Shown piece by piece: positions 60,093-64,000 of a stretch of 64,000 nucleotides of DNA. This DNA comes from Gammaproteobacteria bacterium (lineage in GTDB: Bacteria > Pseudomonadota > Gammaproteobacteria > G965277405). The first letter of the stretch is position 1; every line of letters begins with the position of its first letter. The notes beneath the pieces are model-generated. The model was not told where the DNA came from, made no database searches, and saw only the letters and a list, made by a program, of their open reading frames with translations. The position numbers and the translations under genes are program-made. The stretch spans positions 1,344,001-1,408,000 of the forward strand of contig OZ255726.1 in NCBI GenBank assembly GCA_965277405.1. The letters run 5' to 3'.

Positions 60093-63000
60093 ATGAAATG
60101 GCGTTTAGGAATAGATTTAGGCACGAACTCGCTTGGCTGGGCTGTACTTGAATTGGATGAAAAAAATGAAGTGATCCGCATCATTGATGCTGGAGCCCGT
60201 ATTTTTTCAGATGGAAGAAATCCAAAAGATAAGCATTCAAATGCAGTAACAAGAAGAGAAGCGCGTGGTGCCAGGCGGAATCGAGGTCGCGGAAAAAATC
60301 GGCAAGCTCGTTTGATGCAAGAGCTTATATCCGTAGGCTTGATGCCGAGTGACGAGACAGCACGCAAAGCTTTAGAAGGAGGAAAAAACATTTCGCAGTT
60401 AGCAACAGACCCTTGGATTTTACGCTGCCGCGCCCTAAAAGAAGCAATATCCCTGCAGCAAATAGGCAGAGTTATTTTTCATCTAGGGCAAAGACGTGGT
60501 TTTAAATCCAATCGAAAAACAGACCGAGCTAATAATGAAAAAGGCAAAGTCAAAGATGCTATTGCTCGCACCAAAGCTGATTTAGCCCAGCAAGGTGCGA
60601 CAACTCTTGGTGAATTGTTTGGCAAACCGCGACTCGACGTCGCCATACAAAACGCGCAACTGGCAAAAGGCAGGCGCTTGCCGCAACCATTAGCTCGAGT
60701 ACGTAGTACGGGTCAGGGTGTCAAATTGCAATATGACTATTATCCCACCCGCGAACTTATCCTCGACGAATTCGAGCAAATATGGCAAAAGCAAGCAGAA
60801 TATCATGCTGAGACTTTAACGGATGATGCCTATGATATTATCCAACAAACCCTTGCTTTTCAATACCCGTTAAAGCCACAACCTATTGGCAAATGCACCT
60901 TGCTGCCAGAAGAGTTGAGACTTGCAAAGGCAATGCCGACTTTTCAGCGTTCGCGGGTGTATCAAGAAGTCAATAACCTGCGTATTTGCCCAATTGGCGG
61001 GAAGGAATATTCAATTACGCTCGAGCAACGAGATGCAATTGTTAAACGGCTGCTGCAGCCAACCAGCCAAAAAGGAACAGTAACGTTCAACCAGTTGAGA
61101 AAATTATTAAGCCTATCAGCTTACGATATATTTAATCTAGAAAGTGAAAATAGACCATACTTAGAAGGCGATAAAACAGCGGCTGTGATGATGCAAAAAG
61201 AACGTTGGGGAACTGCATGGCTTAAGCTGGATACACCTGCCCAAGATGAAATTATTGAAAAACTGCTAGAAGAAGAAAACGAAGCAGACTTGCTCACATG
61301 GCTACAGCAACAATATGGCTTTGATACAGTACAAGCAGAAGCTATTGCAGACGCCCCTATTCCAAATGGCTATGGCAATCTTTCTAAAAAAGCGGTCGAC
61401 TGCTTGCAACCTATATTGCAAGCTGAAGTCATTACTTATGCAAAAGCTGCAATACGAGTATTTGGCTCCCATAGTAATTTTGCAACAGGAGAACTTCATG
61501 ATTTGCACCTGCCATATTATGGCAAAATATTAGAACGCCATGTTGCTTTTGGCTCAGGTAAGCCAGGTGACAAAGATGAACAACGCTACGGTAAAATCGC
61601 TAACCCAACCGTCCACGTAGCGTTGAATCAAGTGCGGGCTGTGGTGAATGATTTAATCCGCCGTTTTAAAGCGCCACATCAAGTTGTTATAGAAGTTGCA
61701 CGCGACTTACCGCTTTCTGCCAAAGGAAAAGGTGAGTTGTCAAGTCAACAACAGACTAACAAAGAAGCAAATGAGAGTCGGAAAGCCCGTTTAGTTGACG
61801 AGTATGGCGTTGCCAACACCCATGAAAATCGGCTACGGTTGCGTTTATATGACGAAATGGAGGCAATGGCTAAGCAATGCATATATAGTGGCAGACAAAT
61901 AGGCTTACATGAACTATTTAGCCACGCTATAGAGATAGACCATATCCTTCCTTTTTCACAAAGTTTGGACGACAGCTTTGCCAACAAAGTAATGTGCACG
62001 CGGGAAGCGAATCGTGATAAAGGCAATAACAGCCCATACCAAGCGTTTAGTCACAGCCCAAATGGCTATAGCTGGGAGGACATTTGCAATAGGGTTAAAT
62101 CTTTACCAGACAAAAATAAAAATAAAAAAAATAAAAAAAACAATATAGGTAATAAACATTGGCGGTTTAACGCTGATGCTATGGAGCAATTTGCAGAGGA
62201 AGGTGGTTTTTTAGCGCGGCAACTTAATGACACAAAATATATTGCCAGATTAACAAAAAGCTATTTAGAAGTAATGTTTGGTGGGGCGCCAACAGCTGGA
62301 GGCAGCCAACGTGTTTGGGTGGTAGTAGGCAAGCTAACAGCAGATCTACGCTATGTATGGAATTTAGATAGCGTGTTATTGGGTCACGATATTGCTGTTT
62401 CAGCAGCACAAAAGAAAAACCGCAGCGACCACCGCCACCATGCCATTGATGCAATTGTGATTGGGCTCACAGATAGAAAACTTGTTAAAAAAGCAGCATT
62501 GATTGCACAAGAAAATGAAGATTTAGGAACACGGCTGTTTGCAAGAATGCCCTTACCATGGCATGGCTTTAAAGAACAAGTGCGAACAGTATTAGAAAAA
62601 GTAGTTGTCAGCCACAAACCAGACCATGGTTATCAAGGAGCTATGCTCGACGGTACTGCATATGGGATAATGAATAAAAGCAAAATTGAGTCTGACTTTA
62701 CAAAAGCAGTTTCTGTTGTAACCCGTAAGTCATTAGATGATAGTAAATTTTTTAAAGCGCATCCAGACCTAAAAAAAATACGCGACCCAGACATTAAGGC
62801 ATCGTTACTTGCTGCCACTCAAGGGTATGGCGGGAGTGAATTTAAGCATGCGTTGGTGCAAGCAGGTGAGGCGATGCAGCCACCAGTACGTCGCGTTCGC
62901 ATCATTAAAAACGAGACGATCATCCCAATTGTCGATTATAAAACGGCACAAGTCTATAAAGGCTATGAAAGTGGCAGCAATTATTGTTATGATATTTGGC

Positions 63001-63362
63001 AAAATGGAACTGGCAAATGGGATGGGGTGGTCGTGTCGACATATACAGCATATCAACGTGCAAAAATAGATCCACAATGGTGGCGCAAGCCAGTAGATGA
63101 TGATGGAAAACCGCTGATTATGCGCCTACGCAAAAATGACATGTTGCGGATTCAAGATGCAGGGCGTGATAAAATTGTACGCGTCGTAAAATTTACTAAG
63201 GGGGTTCTTGCTTTAGCTGAGCATTTTGAAGCAAACGTTGACGCCAGGAACAGGAGCAAAGACGACGAGTTGAAATATATTTTTAAGGCGCCTTCAGCAC
63301 TGCAAAAAGCAAACGCCATCCGCATCACGGTCAGTCCATCGGGATTGGTTAAACGGTATTGA
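60093..63362 (+). CDS. cas9: Type II-C CRISPR endonuclease Cas9 (1089 aa)
   Basis: RuvC-I LGIDLGTNSLGW, Arg-rich bridge helix, RRGFKSNRK, NPTVHVALNQ, IEVARD, HNH EIDHILPFS...NKV...NRDKGN, RQLNDT, DHRHHAIDA. Confidence 0.96.
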   Translation: MKWRLGIDLGTNSLGWAVLELDEKNEVIRIIDAGARIFSDGRNPKDKHSNAVTRREARGARRNRGRGKNRQARLMQELISVGLMPSDETARKALEGGKNISQLATDPWILRCRALKEAISLQQIGRVIFHLGQRRGFKSNRKTDRANNEKGKVKDAIARTKADLAQQGATTLGELFGKPRLDVAIQNAQLAKGRRLPQPLARVRSTGQGVKLQYDYYPTRELILDEFEQIWQKQAEYHAETLTDDAYDIIQQTLAFQYPLKPQPIGKCTLLPEELRLAKAMPTFQRSRVYQEVNNLRICPIGGKEYSITLEQRDAIVKRLLQPTSQKGTVTFNQLRKLLSLSAYDIFNLESENRPYLEGDKTAAVMMQKERWGTAWLKLDTPAQDEIIEKLLEEENEADLLTWLQQQYGFDTVQAEAIADAPIPNGYGNLSKKAVDCLQPILQAEVITYAKAAIRVFGSHSNFATGELHDLHLPYYGKILERHVAFGSGKPGDKDEQRYGKIANPTVHVALNQVRAVVNDLIRRFKAPHQVVIEVARDLPLSAKGKGELSSQQQTNKEANESRKARLVDEYGVANTHENRLRLRLYDEMEAMAKQCIYSGRQIGLHELFSHAIEIDHILPFSQSLDDSFANKVMCTREANRDKGNNSPYQAFSHSPNGYSWEDICNRVKSLPDKNKNKKNKKNNIGNKHWRFNADAMEQFAEEGGFLARQLNDTKYIARLTKSYLEVMFGGAPTAGGSQRVWVVVGKLTADLRYVWNLDSVLLGHDIAVSAAQKKNRSDHRHHAIDAIVIGLTDRKLVKKAALIAQENEDLGTRLFARMPLPWHGFKEQVRTVLEKVVVSHKPDHGYQGAMLDGTAYGIMNKSKIESDFTKAVSVVTRKSLDDSKFFKAHPDLKKIRDPDIKASLLAATQGYGGSEFKHALVQAGEAMQPPVRRVRIIKNETIIPIVDYKTAQVYKGYESGSNYCYDIWQNGTGKWDGVVVSTYTAYQRAKIDPQWWRKPVDDDGKPLIMRLRKNDMLRIQDAGRDKIVRVVKFTKGVLALAEHFEANVDARNRSKDDELKYIFKAPSALQKANAIRITVSPSGLVKRY

Positions 63363-63383
63363 TAATACTTGGAATATATCAAG

Positions 63384-63464
63384 GGAAGCTCTGAATAATT
63401 CCATGGTGGTGAGACGGAGCAAAAATGACGTTAGCGCATCGTTTTTCCCGTCATCAGAGGTTCC
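63384..63464 (+). mobile_element. Internally deleted mini-MITE (~81 bp) between cas9 and cas1
   Basis: GGAAGCTCTGAATAATTCCATGGTGGTGAGACGGAG...GACGTTAGCGCATCGTTTTTCCCGTCATCAGAGGTTCC. Confidence 0.72.
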
Positions 63465-63494
63465 TAAGGTAACAAGCGTCAGCGCGAGTGGTCT

Positions 63495-64000
63495 GTGCAT
63501 AATCGGATTATAGAAATAACGAGCGACAGAGTGTATATCAGCGCTGAGCGTGGTTTTTTGAGAATGACTAGGCAAAAAGAATTACTTGGTAAAGTTGCGC
63601 TCGACGATATATCAGGGGTTATCATCCGTGGCTACGGGGCTACAATATCTGCGAATATTTGTGCACATCTTGCTGCATCTCATGTACCAATTATAATTTG
63701 CGGCAGTGATCAACTGCCAGCAAGCGTAGTATGGCCAATTAATGGGAATTTTCAGCAAGGTATTCATATGCAGGCTCAGGCAGATGCTAAAAAGCCGTTG
63801 TGTAAGAGACTTTGGTCAGCATTGGTGCAAGCAAAAATTACCAATCAAGCGTTGGTTCTTGGCTACGATGGCAAAGAAAATGCAGACGTATTAGCAATGG
63901 CAGCGCGGGTAAAATCAGGCGATGCTGATAATGTAGAGGCACAAGCAGCAAGACGATATTGGAAACGTCTACTAGGTAGTGATTTTAAACGTGACCGGCA
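63495..64000 (+). CDS. cas1: CRISPR-associated endonuclease Cas1, partial (runs off the window end)
   Basis: Manual translation from GTG: MHNRIIEITSDRVYISAERGFL...VALDDI...LWSALVQAKITNQA...VKSGDADNVEAQAARRYW. Confidence 0.9.
   Translation, partial: MHNRIIEITSDRVYISAERGFLRMTRQKELLGKVALDDISGVIIRGYGATISANICAHLAASHVPIIICGSDQLPASVVWPINGNFQQGIHMQAQADAKKPLCKRLWSALVQAKITNQALVLGYDGKENADVLAMAARVKSGDADNVEAQAARRYWKRLLGSDFKRDR

Overview
Bacterial chromosomal window, probably proteobacterial with a gamma-like housekeeping backbone. Core genes: Fe3+ ABC transporter, glcDEF, a minus-strand run folA-rbsK-nucleoside hydrolase-pgk-ftsB-ispD-cca-pyrF-waaA, hemH, an amidase, uvrA, a GspE/PilB ATPase, nadE, a cyclophilin, thrC, trxA, guaB, ribF, katG/oxyR, and a non-phosphorylative L-fucose pathway split over two sites. 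Three accessory components stand out. (1) A tandemly duplicated, Fur-boxed haem-uptake cassette (TonB-dependent receptor, hemophilin/HphA-like hemophore, Slam/type XI translocon, TPR protein); the second copy has an early in-frame stop and ends in a fusion to a KRFEQVD coiled-coil gene array. (2) Four IS5-family elements plus a family of ~285-bp MITEs with the same terminal inverted repeats, some stacked end to end. (3) A type II-C CRISPR locus (tracrRNA, cas9, start of cas1; no array inside the window) preceded by a diverged duplicate of the cas9 promoter/RBS/5' end that encodes a stand-alone 41-aa RuvC-I peptide. All calls come from reading motifs by eye; no database searches were run.
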